A stretch of 64,000 nt of DNA from Tubulanus polymorphus (GCF_964204645.1 NC_134029.1:11062850-11126849); one strand, 5' to 3'. Positions 25,880-38,967 are shown, counted from the stretch's first letter. Notes: generated by a model not told the origin, from the sequence alone. Numbers and translations are program-made.

Positions 25880-28334
25880 CAATAATAAAAACAATTGAGA
25901 ATTAGAATTACTGTAGTTAAGAATTTATTCAAATAAAGTGAAAACTTCATTGTTAGCTGATACGGGTACATACATGTACATAAAACAATAACAACAATTT
26001 ATATCATGATGCACAGACAAATGAAAATAAAATATTATTTATTCATTTTCCATTTTGGGGAAGCATGATGGTAGTTTTTGGAACTGATGCAGTTTTGATG
26101 AACTAATTTTTGGCTAGTAAGTATCACGTTATACAGTGTGTCCTGAACAATTATTGTTCCTCCTGATTCAACTGAAGATTCCGACTCATGTCAACAAGGA
26201 AATGAGGTCCTCCATCAATGGATCAAAAGTTGAGCTCGGACCTCTATCTCATTTGCCGAAATTATAGCAACATTTATGGGGGACCTCTTCTTCACTCTAG
26301 CTACTATGGTCCGGCCATACGCATCTTCAAGCTACTAACCTATTAATTGTGGTCTGATGCCAGTTGAAAATGAAATGTTGAAGGGAGCCGAAGACAACAC
26401 CCTTGTAGGCGTATCTCTATAACCCGAAAAAATTCGGTAAAGATTTTGCTAGGGCACAAAAACGAATTTTATGGCGCAAAAACGAAAAATCATAGAGCAA
26501 AAACGAATATACTGAAATACACGCAAAGAAAACAGCGCTGAATCTCGGAATCACGATACACGCGCTGCAGTTAAAGAGCCATAGGAAAAAAACTAGGCAA
26601 GATATCTTAAAATTTCAAAGCGAACACCGGCAGCAGACACCGGGCCAGGAAAAATTTTCAAAACGTGTATCGTCGGTTCCTAGCATGATTTCAGCGTTCT
26701 TCGAGAATTGCCTGAAATTTCAGCGTTTTTCTGGAATTCCCTGAAATTTCAGTGTTTTATTTTCGGCGTTTCAGCGTTTCAGTGTTTCAGCTTTTTCAGC
26801 GAAGTTCAGGGACCGTTTGCGCCCTAGCAAAAACGAACTTTTCGTTTTTGCTAGAGCGCAAAAACGAATTTTAACGCGCAAAAACGAAATTTTATAGAGC
26901 AAAAACGAAAATATTCGTTTTTGCTCCATGATTTTTCGTTTTTGCGCCATGAAATTCGTTTTTCCGCCCTAGCTAAAACGAAAAGTTCGTTTTTGCTCGT
27001 TAAGTTTCGTTTTGCGTTTTTCTAGAATCGAGGTCATATGAAAATAACTCAATAGAGTAAAAACGAAAGTACGTTTTTGCAAGGGTGCAAAAACGAATAT
27101 TTTCGTTTTTGCGCTATAATATTTCGTTTTTGCGGGGTAGCAAAAACGAACATTCGTTTTTGCTAGGGTGCAAAAACGAATTTTATGGCGCAAAAACGAA
27201 AAATCATAGAGCAAAAACGCAAATTTTCGTTTTTGCTCTATAGGTTTCGTTTTGCGTTTTTTCTATAATCGAGGTCTTGTAAAAATTAATGCATTTGGCC
27301 CTTATCAGCCACCATATTATAAATACGCTTTAAACTGTTCAAATAATTTTGTTCATCACTGTATGGTTGTACACTTTGGGATTTCACAAAAAATGATATT
27401 GCAAAAATATTCACTACCTGGAGAAAAGCAGTCAGGAAACTTACTCCATTTGATATCGGGCGATGACCCAATTGAATATCAGGTGTATAATAGATTTATT
27501 AAGTTTTTCTTGTGCCATCAAACATTCGAACAATAGAATTGTCACAGCAGCGGATCTCAATGTTCAAATAATTACATCTCGAAAAATCGCGAACAAAAAG
27601 TAATTATTACCTTTTGTTCGCGATATTTCGAGATTGAAGGGAATGGACTTATAGTATACCACAAATCTACATCAGTCACATGAAGATACATTGAGTGGCC
27701 GCCGCAATCATCGACTTCAGGCACCTGTTTCAATCCGTGACTGATGAGTTGATTTTTGCGGAAACGCACGACATTATTATCGAACTATGTATTACCTGAT
27801 ATGTATGTAACTGGTCAGTGGATATATTAAATTTTGAATACAGTGGATATTTAGGGTTTTCTGTTGCTTCACAGAAAACCCTATTGAAATTCGCGTGATT
27901 ATTAGGGTTGCATGGGAATGTTGATAAATCCACGTTATAAAGGCACTGTCGAGCCGTAAACATCGGAAATTTGGCTCCGTTCAATTAGTAGCCATGTTGT
28001 GTTTTCTTTCAGAAATTTCTCTCTTCTTTTCGAGGAAGAGCTATCGAATTATTCCCTCTCTTCTCCACAATCAATTTCAAAGTCAATTTTATGAATTTAT
28101 TGCTCAGCGGGTCCGAGTCCGAGAGTTTACGAGTCCGGCGTTCGCGTGTCTGACAGGTTTACGGCAATTTGTTTGTTACCTCTTTAATATTTTGGATTTC
28201 TTGTTATTCCGGTTATTTCATTTAAGTATATTGCTGATCAGTTCATGTAACCAAAAGCGTCAATAAACAGATTTTGAATTGATCAAGTTTAAATCAAGGT
28301 CGTTGAGTCGCGGAGGGCTACTAGAATTAGGAAT

Positions 28335-28766
28335 GGCATCAGACCACAATTAGGTTAGTAGCTCGAAGATGCGTAGGGCCGGACCCCAAAAATAGTACCT
28401 AGAGTGAAGAAGAGGTCCCCCATAAATGTTGCCATAATTTCTGCAAATGGGATAGGTAACGAATTTCGGTTATATGTATGAAATCCATTGATCCTGAGAG
28501 ACAGATTGATGATGAAATAAGGGATTCCCTGGACTTTTTTTGCTTGGAGTAAGGGTACCAAACACGGTGGGGGATTCCCTTAGATATTTGGCTCGGATGT
28601 ACTGGCATACCTGTACTGGGATACCCCTCCTTTCTAAAGGTTTGATTATTTCAAAAGTTAGGTTTGGTATGTGGGGCGAAAACCACTTCAATGCGTAGCT
28701 AAGATGCTGGCCTATGAGCCATAAGCAGGATTTCCCCTGAATTTACGCGCTTATATATGAACTAAA
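28335..28766. repeat. Host interspersed repeat interrupted by Polinton 1 (continues at 44358-44425; uninterrupted copy at 45325-45817)
   Basis: 28335-28766 plus 44364 onward matches 45325-45817. A diverged inverted fragment lies at about 26250-26360. Confidence 0.9.
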
Positions 28767-28859
28767 AGTAATTGGGAAAGTAGGCTTTCATACCAGAGGA
28801 CGAGAGGACGAGACACCACTCATCACCACAAGTAATTTTTTTTCCTAATAAATGGGAGA
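28767..28859 (+). repeat. Left TIR of Polinton 1
   Basis: AGTAATTGGGAAAGTAGGCTTTCATACCAGAGGACGAGAGGACGAGAC...ATGGGAGA is the reverse complement of 44265-44357 with about 2 mismatches. Confidence 0.95.
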
Positions 28860-31800
28860 GAATGAACACCAGCCAGAAAATAATGATATTAATAAAAATC
28901 AATATTATTGCCAATATTGTAAAAAAATACGTCGATACATCTAATAAAACACGACATGAAAAAACTGCAAATCATATAAAAAATGTAATAGATTTTGAAA
29001 CTCCAGAAAATTCCAATGAAAGAAAAGAAAGATTAGAAAATATGAATGTGGATGAAATAAAATGTGAAGTTTGTAATGAATTTATAGTAAAAAGGAATTA
29101 TAATAGACATCTCGAATCACAAAAACATTATAAAAATTTAAATAAAAATGTTTTAGGATCAGAATATTTTGATAATAAACCTCAACAAGTAAAAAAATCA
29201 ACTTCAAAAACTAAATCCATTTCAAATAAACCTTACATGGAAAATGTTAGAAATTATATTGATTCACTAGAAATAAAAGATACAATTGAAATCTTAGAAA
29301 CATTACATAGTAAAATTGGTCCTGCAGCTATTATATTTAGATTTTTTAAAGGTACAACAATAGAAGATTATAGTAAATTTAATGAAATAATAGAAAAAAT
29401 ACTAGATTTGATAACAGATGTTGAATATCCAAAAATTAGTATCTCTGGGAAAGTAAGTTTTATAAAGTCAGAAGAAAAAATGGATTATAATATTCAAACA
29501 CTCTCTGAAGAAATAATTTCAAAAACACAAATAAAAGTGAAGTTAGAAAAAATATTTTATGAATTTAAACGTCATATTGAAGAAAGATATTTTGAGGGTT
29601 CTGGTTTAACATTGAATGAAATCATATATTTAGATTTAAATGTTTATAATACAAAAAGGAATAAAACATCAAAAAGTAATAAAATGTTTAAAAATGATTC
29701 AAACTTTACAACAGAAAAGGATATTAAAGCATCATCTTATATTAAATTACCATTTACAACAAAAGCAGTAATAAATATTCAAAATGAAGATAATAAATGT
29801 TTTCTATGGTCAATTATTAGTTGTTTACACCCAACAGAAGATATGACGCATAGTCTTAGAATAACAAATTACCGGAAATATGAAACATTATATAAAATTG
29901 ATCAATATCCTGTAACTATAAAAATGATTCCTAAAATAGAAAAAGTTAATAATTTAAAAGTAAATGTATTCGAATTAATGCAATTACCCAAGACAAAAGG
30001 TGAAAATATTAAAGATTATACATTGGAAGCTTTATATTTAACAGAATATTATGATGATGAAAATGCTATAGATCTGTTATATTACAAAAAAGATGAAAAT
30101 GAACATTATATGTGGTTAAAACAAATTGATTTATTCTTTAGAACAGAAAGTGATCACCATAATAAAATTTATTTATGTAGAAAATGTTTATCTAAATTTA
30201 TGACTGAGAATACATTATTAAAACATAAAGAATTATGTGATAATAAAGATTTTTGTAAATTAATAATGCCAACAGAAAAAGATTATAAATTGAAATTTAC
30301 TAATCATAAATTTAAAAATATTGTTCCATTTGTAATTTATGGGGATTTTGAATCGTTGAATAAAGAATTAACTGATCAAGATAGAAAAGAAATATATAAC
30401 AAAAAGCAATTATTAAAATCAATGGATAAAGGAAATGAATTAAATGAAGACACAATACAAGACCCACCAATTATAAGTACAATTAAAAAAGTTCATCAAA
30501 GAGCTGCTCTTATGGAATTTATATAAAATCAAATTATCCTGAATTATATGAAAGTCAATATATTTCTTTTAGAGGTGAAAATGTAGTTAATGATTTTTGT
30601 GATAAAATGATTGAATTAGAAAGTGATTTTACAAAATTATTAAACAAAAATAAAAGAATAGTTATGACAAAAGAAGATGAAATTGATTTTAATTATGCAA
30701 CTCATTGTTGTTATTGTGAAAAACGTTTTTATTCATTTGATAAAAAAGTTAGAGATCATGATCATTTGAATTCAAAATATCGTGGAGCTGCTCATGAAGA
30801 TTGCAATTTACAAGCTAAAAAAGTAAATTTCGTACCAATATTATTTCATTATTTATCAGGATATGATACCCATCTATTTATAAAACAATTATCGGGAAAA
30901 TTGGGTGCAATTAATCAAGAAATAGAAGAATATAATGCTATGAATGAAGCAAATGTAAGAAAATATGATTTTAAACTATTAGCTAAAACATCTGAAAAAT
31001 ATATTTCTTTTCAATTTGGTTGCATTAGATTTTTAGATTCTTATAGATTTCTAGCAAGTTCATAAGATAATTTATCAAAAAGTTTAGTTGATAATGATTT
31101 TGTTATAACTCGATATTATTATCCAAATGAACAAGATTTTAAATTATTGAGATATAAAGGCGCAATTCCTTATTCATTTTATAAAACACACAATGATTTT
31201 AATGTAACAGAATTATTAAAAGATCAATTTTATGATCAATTAAAAGAGGAGTATGTGAAAGACGAAGTTTTTAATAGAACATTAAATATTTGGAACCATT
31301 TTAAGATGAAAAATCATGGTGAATTAGTTGATTTATATTTAAAATCAGACGTTATGATATTGGCTGACATATTTGAAAAATTTAGAGAAGTTAATTTGAA
31401 TCATTTTAATGTTGATCCTTGTTATTGCTACTCTAGTCCTGGTTTAACCTGGCAATGTGGTTTAAAATATACAAATGTAGAATTAGATTTATTAAAAGAA
31501 CCAGATATGGTTTTATTATTTGAAAAATCAATTAGAGGTGGAATTAGTGGTGTTATGGGAGATAGGTATTTTAAAGCAAATGATGAATATAAATTATTAT
31601 ATATTGACGCCAATAATTTATATGGTTGGGCAATGATGCAACCTCAACCATATAAAAATTTTATATTAACAGAAGTTGAAAATGGTGATAAAACTGATTG
31701 GGAAAGCGCAATTGCGAGTTTAAAAGATGAAGCACCAATTGGTTATTTCTTTGTAGTTGATTTAGAATATCCTGAAAATATAAAGTTTAAAACAAGAAAC

Positions 31801-33924
31801 TTACCTTATTGCCCAGAACATTTAAGTGTAGATGATAGTTATTTAAGTGAATACCAGAAGAAAATAAAACCGAAAGATCATGTTTTTACAGAAAAATTAA
31901 TACTTACTCAAAATAATAAATACAATTATATTGTTCATTATAGAATGTTAAAATTTTATCTAAAACAAGGAATGAAATTAAAGAAAGTACATAGATATAT
32001 TGAATTTAATCAATCGAAGTGGTTAGAAAAATATATAGATTTCAATACTCAACAGAGAACAATATCAAAAACAGATTTTGAAAAAGATTTCTTCAAATTA
32101 ATGAATAATAGTTTTTATGGTAAAACATGTGAAAATATTAGAAATAGAAATGATATTGAATTAGTAAATAATTCTGAAAGATTAAGACATTTACAATCAA
32201 GTCCTAGACATTTAGGAAATAAAAGATTTGAAGATTATTTAACAGCAGTTAAATTAAAAAGAACATTAATGAAATTTAATAAACCTATATTTATTGATTC
32301 GACTGTTTTAGAAGTATCAAAATTATTAATGTATGATTTTTATTATAATGTTTTACAACCACTTTTTGGGGAAAAGCATATTGAAATATTATATTTTGAT
32401 TCTGTAACAGCTGACACCCCAATATTATTAAAATGTAATGATAAAATATTGATAAGAAGAATTTCAGAAATAATTCCAAAACAAAATGAATGTTATATTT
32501 CATATGGAGAAAAAGAATTAATACAAATAAATGGATTAATGGATGTTTGGACAAGAAATGGATGGAAAAAATTAAAGAATATTATGAGGCATAAAACAAA
32601 TAAGAAAATCTATAGAGTTAGAACTAAATTAGGGTTTGTAGATGTTACAGAAGATCATAGTTTAATTAAACGAAATGGCGATGAAATAAAACCAACTGAT
32701 ATAAAAATTGGAGATGAATTATTACATAAAAGATTTTTCCAAAGAATGAATCATATGTCATTTGATGAAATTATTGATAATATTTATAATATAGAACCCG
32801 AAACATTAGAAGAAAAAGAATATTTTATCAAAGGATTTTTCATGGGTGATGGTTCAGCAGGTGTGTATAATTATGTTTGGGGTAATAAATATTGTTGGTA
32901 TTTATGCAATCAAGACTTAAAATTATTAGAAAGAATTAAGAAATTCTGTGAAGAAGTTTATTCACATAAAACATTTAGAATCATGGATGTTATGAAATCA
33001 ACAGCAGTTTATAGAATACTTGTAAATAATCCTAAAGATTTTGCTATAAAATATAATAATGAATTCTATATTCATGCAATAGTGAAAAGTAATACTTCAA
33101 CTAAAGAGAAAATAGTGCCAGATTATTATGTATTAAATGCAAAAGATAATTTAAGAAAATGGTTCTTCATTGGATTCTATGCCGCAGATGGTTCAAAAAG
33201 TTTCCAAAACCACAAAACAATATCCTTTGCTCAAAAAGGAAAAGTTGCTATATCAGGATTGCATATATTATGTAGTTCATTAGGATTTAATATGAATATA
33301 GAATTAATTAAATCTAAACCAAATTGTTTTAATTTAAGGCATGTAGAAAAAGAATTAACAGAAGAAGTTAAAGATTTATTTGAAATATATAACCCAACTG
33401 ACTATGTTTATGATTTATCAACAGATGATGGAACATTTAATTCTGGGTTCCCATTAATCCAAAAAAATACCGACAGTTACATACTAAAAATCAAGACAAA
33501 TGACATAACAAAAGACTTAAAAACATTAAAACATTATTTTGATTTTAGCAATTATCCTAAAGATCATGAACTATTTAGCAATGATAATAAAAAGATTCCT
33601 GGTAAATTTAAAGATGAATTAGGAGGTGATGAAATGATTGAATTTGTTGGGATAAGAAGTAAAATGTATAGTTACAGAACAAAAGATCATGAAGCTAAAA
33701 AGTTAAAAGGAATAACAAAACATGTGGTTGATAAACATATAGAATTTCAAGATTATATAAAGTGTTTATATAAATCAATTGTTATGAAACACAAAATGAA
33801 TTGTTTAAGATCAGAAGATCATGAGATGTACATTAATGAAGTTGAAAAAACTAGTTTAAATCCATTTGATGATAAAAGGCATATTTTAGATGATGGTATA
33901 AAAACATTACCTTATGGCCATTAA
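28852..33924 (+). pseudogene. polB: Protein-primed family B DNA polymerase with N-terminal zinc fingers, an endonuclease VII-like insert and an intein; two frameshifts (about 28925, about 30510) and a stop at 31063
   Basis: ExoI IYGDFES, VRDHDH...RGAAH..CN, FHYLSGYD, FLDSYRF, ExoIII LYLKSDV, motif A YIDANNLYG, motif B KLMNNSFYGK, split motif C YFD|TDS. Assembled from ORFs 28862..30526, 30607..31065 and 31147..33924. Confidence 0.95.
32401..33468 (+). mobile_element. Intein (356 aa) with a LAGLIDADG homing endonuclease at the pol-c site
   Basis: In-frame insert between YFD and TDS. Block A SVTADTPILL, block B DVTEDHSL, endonuclease motifs FIKGFFMGDGS and FFIGFYAADGS, block F YVYDLST, block G LIQKN followed by Thr+1. 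Confidence 0.95.
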
Positions 33925-35238
33925 AACATAAAATCAATATCATCATACTCGAAATCACTATTGGCTTCTTCATTTTCATTTAATTGTTCAGGTTCTTCTT
34001 CCATTCCATTTTTCTCATTTAAATAAAGTTCTATCTTGTTCCACATTTCATCTCGCTCTCTTTGTTTCTTTTTGTTTGTTAATTCATCAAATGGAATTAT
34101 AATATCGATGTTTAAATAATTTACAATCTTATTTAAAAAGAATTCATAATTAATTGAATCTGTTATTCTATTTTCCAAATAATACATTAATATTTGTTTG
34201 AATATTTTTTTTATATTTTCCATATCTTCTTCTGTTAATTTAGGTTTTTCAAAATAATCGTTAAATAATAAATATAAATACATTTTCTTTTGTTTTGTGT
34301 TAAATGTTGGTGGAATAATTGTTTTTATAATATCTTTTTTAGTTATTTCACCATCTTTATTTTCTATTATTTTCATTTTTTCAAGCCATTGCATATATTC
34401 TGGTGTATGATCTTCCATAGAAAATATTTTAAAAATTTCATCTAGATAATTTAATTTTGGATCTATGAGAAAATCTCTAGTTTTTTCTTCACCCAATAAA
34501 TTCTTTAGCCATCCACATTCATTACAAAATAACACAGTACCTTCTTGTCTTAAGGTCGCATAAATACATTGTGGGCATTTTTGTTTATAATTTATTGGTA
34601 ATAGATCTTCATTAAGCTCTTGGTATTTTCTTACGTTTTCTTTATGTTTTATTGTTCTATTATGTAGATTTGAATTACTTGTTGTAATAATCAATTTACA
34701 ATATTTACAATAATATGTTTTTCTTGTTAATTCATTATATTGTTTTTCTAATTTTTCAACTGTTTCTTTATTATCTGGTAACGTTTTCTCATATTTTATT
34801 TTTTCTAATAAATTATTTTTTCTTTCATTAAATTCAGTTTCAAATTTATTAGAAATTTTATCTATATGTACTTTACGAAATTGATGATTCTCCCAATCTT
34901 CTATATTTTCAGGGCTATATTTTATTCGACAAGGCTCGCAGAGATGATCTTTTATATTATCCTTATCATAGAATAAGAAAGGTCTTTTCCAAATATCTTC
35001 AGGTTCAACTTCGGCAGAATTACTATTACTTTCATTACTATCAACATTAGCCGTTGCGCCATTAATTCTACACTTCTCTGAATGTTTTTTAACATAATTT
35101 CTTGAGAATAATTTATAACATTTTGGACAGTTTAGTTTAGGGGGTTTATAATTTTCATCATGTTTTTTTCATATGTCGAGCCATATTACTTTTTCTTAGA
35201 AGTTCACCACAAATTTCACATGCTATCTTCTCATCCAA
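33921..35238 (-). pseudogene. Multi-zinc-finger protein with a C-terminal VLTF3 (poxvirus A2-like late transcription factor)-like region; start codon reads TTG, frameshift at about 35170
   Basis: Frame open from about 35170 to 33921 with several CxxC...H motifs. The C-terminus has CPQC...G..FCNECG and KPKLTEEDMENIKKIFKQI...SINYEFFLNKI, which resembles the VLTF3 pattern by eye. Confidence 0.55.
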
Positions 35239-35306
35239 TTATTAAGGAAAAATTTTATTAAGATTAATTTTTAGTGATGAGCGGTAATTTTTTTATGTTA
35301 TAAATA

Positions 35307-36065
35307 ATGGTAGAATTAAAAGAATACAGAATATTTGTTGATTCTAGAAAACTTACAAATTATAAATCACATAATTTACTAGTACAATTAGATAGAGAAT
35401 TTAAGAATTGTGTTGATTTAAAATTAGTAAATATAAGTTTATGTAACTCATTTTACAATATATCGGATAAAACTCTTGAACATAGAGTCTTTTTAATTTT
35501 TAATAAAAATAATCATAAATGGTTTCATCTATTTTTAAAACCAGGGTTATATAATTTAGAAACATTAGCCCAAGAAATTAATCGGAAAGCACGATTAAAA
35601 CTTGAAAGTGAAGATAAATTTTCAATTAGATTTATAAAAAGTGATAGTTCTGATAAAATTAAAATAAAGTTAGATGATGAAAGCAAACGTGCATTTATGG
35701 TAAGGAAACCTTTAGCTAAACTGTTAGGAATTAAACCACAAATTGTTACAGGAAACGTAGACGGTAATTCAAATATAATACCTTTTACACATTTTTATAT
35801 TTATTGCAATTTAATCGATCCTACAAAAACATTTGAAGCAACTAAAGATACAACATGTAATTCTAGTATATTAAATATTTTACCAATGAAGAACGTTAAA
35901 CAATTTGGAACGCAAATAAATTATAATTTAACAGAATGTGATTTTAAACCATGCATTCCTAAATTTAATAATTTTAAATTAGAAATAAGAAATCATCATG
36001 GTTATTTAATTGATTTGAATAACTTTCCTGTAATTTATGAATTAGTTATAAGATGTAAAGAGTAA
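35307..36065 (+). CDS. Probable minor capsid (penton) protein
   Basis: 252 aa. IFVDSR...LKLVNISLCNSFYNI, FYIYCNLI and LEIRNHHGYLIDLNNFPVIYEL fit the Polinton single jelly-roll penton pattern. Confidence 0.7.
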   Translation: MVELKEYRIFVDSRKLTNYKSHNLLVQLDREFKNCVDLKLVNISLCNSFYNISDKTLEHRVFLIFNKNNHKWFHLFLKPGLYNLETLAQEINRKARLKLESEDKFSIRFIKSDSSDKIKIKLDDESKRAFMVRKPLAKLLGIKPQIVTGNVDGNSNIIPFTHFYIYCNLIDPTKTFEATKDTTCNSSILNILPMKNVKQFGTQINYNLTECDFKPCIPKFNNFKLEIRNHHGYLIDLNNFPVIYELVIRCKE

Positions 36066-36081
36066 TTTTTTCACTATATAA

Positions 36082-36429
36082 ATGAATATAACTGTTGGAC
36101 CGAGTATATGTTTTGGGTTTGATTTTAAACGTGAGAAAGAAATGAAATTTAACATTAATGATGTAATTACACATATCAAAAATATTGCATTTTCTAATGA
36201 AACAACATTTGAGTATGAAACAACAATAGATAAAGAAACTTTAAATGTAGAACAGATTACTAATTTTTTTAGAGAATCTTTAAGATTTTATGAATTAGAT
36301 GAAGATTTTATCATAGATGATATCAAAAACATATTATCCAAAATATATGATAATCATAAAAGTAGTAATGAAATAAATGTTGAATTAATCATAAATAAGT
36401 TAACTAAATATTTTTTGATTAATAAATGA
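36082..36429 (+). CDS. Hypothetical Polinton protein
   Basis: Intact 115-aa ORF after the element's TAAATG motif. Confidence 0.65.
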   Translation: MNITVGPSICFGFDFKREKEMKFNINDVITHIKNIAFSNETTFEYETTIDKETLNVEQITNFFRESLRFYELDEDFIIDDIKNILSKIYDNHKSSNEINVELIINKLTKYFLINK

Positions 36430-36647
36430 GTGATAATAAGTGGATAATAACTGGATTATATAATGGAGCATTACTATCAGTTGGAACTGTTGGTTATTCA
36501 ATGGTATTAAAAAAAGTATTTAAAATGGGAAGTGTTAATGTTGATAGATTTGATATAAATGATATTTTAAAATTAACATTAGCAGTTACTTTATCTAATT
36601 TAACTATTGATTATTTGGAAAAACAAAAATATATTCCTCCCATATAA
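36426..36647 (+). CDS. Small hydrophobic Polinton protein
   Basis: 73 aa with two hydrophobic helices; ATGA overlap with the upstream gene. Confidence 0.65.
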   Translation: MSDNKWIITGLYNGALLSVGTVGYSMVLKKVFKMGSVNVDRFDINDILKLTLAVTLSNLTIDYLEKQKYIPPI

Positions 36648-36672
36648 ATGCATAATTTTTTTTGCTAAATAA

Positions 36673-37092
36673 ATGGCTTCTGCAATTATAACTATTATAG
36701 GATCGGCAATTGTTAACGCTTTGGCATTTACTGGTGGTGGATATTTATTTAAACATATTGATAAAAATAGTTCATTAGAACAAAGAAGACATAACTTAGC
36801 GTTAGAGAAATACAATAAAGCTGCAGAAGAATATAGAGAAAAGAGACAAAACTATATGGATTATATTAACAAAGAATTATATAATCAGAAGATTTCACAT
36901 AGAGATTTTCAATCAGTTGATGATGCAATGAGTTTATATAACGCAGTAACCAATAAAGAAAAATTACATCTATACAAACCTAAATCATCAGATTATTATA
37001 CCCCAAGTAAAGAACAACAGAAATATGAAATAATATGGATTTTAGGTGGAACTGTTATTGTTATATTTGTAGCATATAAATTTACTAATTAG
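36673..37092 (+). CDS. Polinton protein with hydrophobic ends and a central coiled coil
   Basis: 139 aa, MASAIITIIGSAIVNALAFTGGGYLF, C-terminal TM segment, TAAATG start. Confidence 0.75.
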   Translation: MASAIITIIGSAIVNALAFTGGGYLFKHIDKNSSLEQRRHNLALEKYNKAAEEYREKRQNYMDYINKELYNQKISHRDFQSVDDAMSLYNAVTNKEKLHLYKPKSSDYYTPSKEQQKYEIIWILGGTVIVIFVAYKFTN

Positions 37093-37111
37093 TAATTTTT
37101 TTTCTAAATAA

Positions 37112-37547
37112 ATGGAAAATAAAGTTGATAGTATTGATATTATTCCTCATGATATAAATAAAACTAAATTAAAAACATATTTAGAAAAACAAATATTAGA
37201 ATTTGAAAGTGACTGAAAAGATAAAAAAGAAAAAATATTTAAAAAGTAAAATTATATATTATCTTATTATTAGTGGTTCGGTTACAATTAGTTCTGTAAT
37301 AACATTTCTAGCAATATTCAGTCCATTAACACCTTTAGCTATATCAATTGGTGTGTTAGGATTAAGTTCAAGTGTTTTAACTGGTATAAGTTCAAAATTG
37401 AATATAATAAGTAATAAAGAAAAAATTAAAACTAATATTAAAGAAATTAATAAATTAAAGAATATACTAGATTATATAATAAGTTTAAATGGTCATATAA
37501 CAGTTGAAGAACAAGATAAATTATCAAAAGAATTAATAAATTATTAA
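37112..37547 (+). pseudogene. Two-TM membrane protein (frameshift near 37200)
   Basis: TAAATG start at 37112 is out of frame with hydrophobic ORF 37203..37547. Confidence 0.6.
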
Positions 37548-37563
37548 TTTTTTAATTATATAA

Positions 37564-38951
37564 ATGGTAGATAGTTTTCCAAACGCTTTCCAATATAATA
37601 AATCAATTAAATATAATATTCCAGCAATAGATTTTAATAAAGATATTACATATAGAAATAAAGTTTTAGATTCATTAACTAATTTAGAAATTTATGTTAC
37701 TGAAACTAATAATTTTAATGCAAAGATGGAAAATATATTTCATGTATATTTAATTAATTTTAAAAAATTGAAAGATGAAAAACAATGGTTATTAAAATCT
37801 AATATGAAGTATTGGCAGAATCAATTAAATTTTGCTGTTTATTGTTCAACAACAGGATGTGGAATTAGTTGGAATAATCATTTGAATAATTCTAAATATA
37901 AATTAATTCAAAGTTTATTTAGATTTCATAATACTTTCAAATAAGAATAATATTAAATGAATTAGAGTGCGCTTTACCAGGATCAAGATATTTTAAAGAA
38001 TTAGATAATAATATTAATTTATCAAAGTTTTATAAAATTTGTAATGAATTTAATATAGATATAAATAATTCTGATTTTAGAACAAAAATTGGAACAATAA
38101 GATCACTTCCTTGCCCTAAAAAGATTGCAGAATATTGTGCACTTCCCATACCATCTAATAGTTTTTATAATATCTATAATAGTAAATTAGGTTATGGTAA
38201 AATAGAAACTAAGGATTTAGAAACATTAAATTTCAATAAATTACCGAAATTTTATGATAATTTAAAACAAGAAAACAATAATGGTTGGGTTTATTTTATT
38301 TTAGAAAATAGTGAAGGTTTTACTAAATCAGGTATAGAAAGAATAAATCAATCTATTAGAACTAATTTGATATGTATTTTAGGTGCGCAAGTTGAAACAA
38401 GATCACCGATAATTGGAAATTTGAATACATCATTTGATACACAAAAACAATTTAAAGTTTTATTTGAAGATTCCATACATAATGATAAAAATAGATCGAT
38501 TCCAGAAAACATTATAAGATATCAAAATTATTTAGATAAATCTCATGTAAGACTTAATTATTGTATAGGCCCTAATCTATTAATTATTTCTAATGATTTA
38601 GTATTAAAGATGGGAAATATAATTGGTTATAATAATCTAATTAAAACTGCAACAATAAATAATTCATTTGGATTGAATGATATAAATAAAAAGATTATTA
38701 CTGCTCCAAAATTAATGGAAGGTGAAAAAATTAAAAAACACATTCAATCAACAGAAACTAAAACTAAGAATATTAAATTGGATAATGATTCCAAAATAAA
38801 AGATTACAATACTACAGAAAATATTAAAACTGATAATATTCAACATGATATAATTAAAACTGATAATGACAATAAATCCCATGAAAATACTAAATTAGCT
38901 ATAACTTGTATAGGAATTGTAATCGGAGGAATATTATATTTTAAATTTTAA
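37564..38951 (+). pseudogene. Polinton protein (YWQNQLNFAVYCSTTGCGIS; C-terminal TM), frameshift at about 37935
   Basis: ORFs 37564..37944 and 38367..38951 are joined by an open frame in between. Confidence 0.7.
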
Positions 38952-38967
38952 TTTTTTTATTATATAA

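Larger units (their letters stand above)
17865..27316. mobile_element. TATGG-terminated TIR DNA transposon (IS3EU-like), degenerate, with nested insertions
   Basis: TATGGTGGCTGATAAGGGCCAAATGCATTAATTTT at 17881 is inverted at about 27280-27316. Subterminal arrays of GCAAAAACGA repeats at 17940-18405, 23088-23270, 26445-26508 and 26820-27250. Contains SAM and HECT exons. TSD not cleanly adjacent. Confidence 0.6.

Noticed and set aside
28355-28691. Duplicated minus-strand ORFs (also 45345-45681)
   Set aside because: Short ORFs in all three frames of a repeat, with no recognisable motifs.
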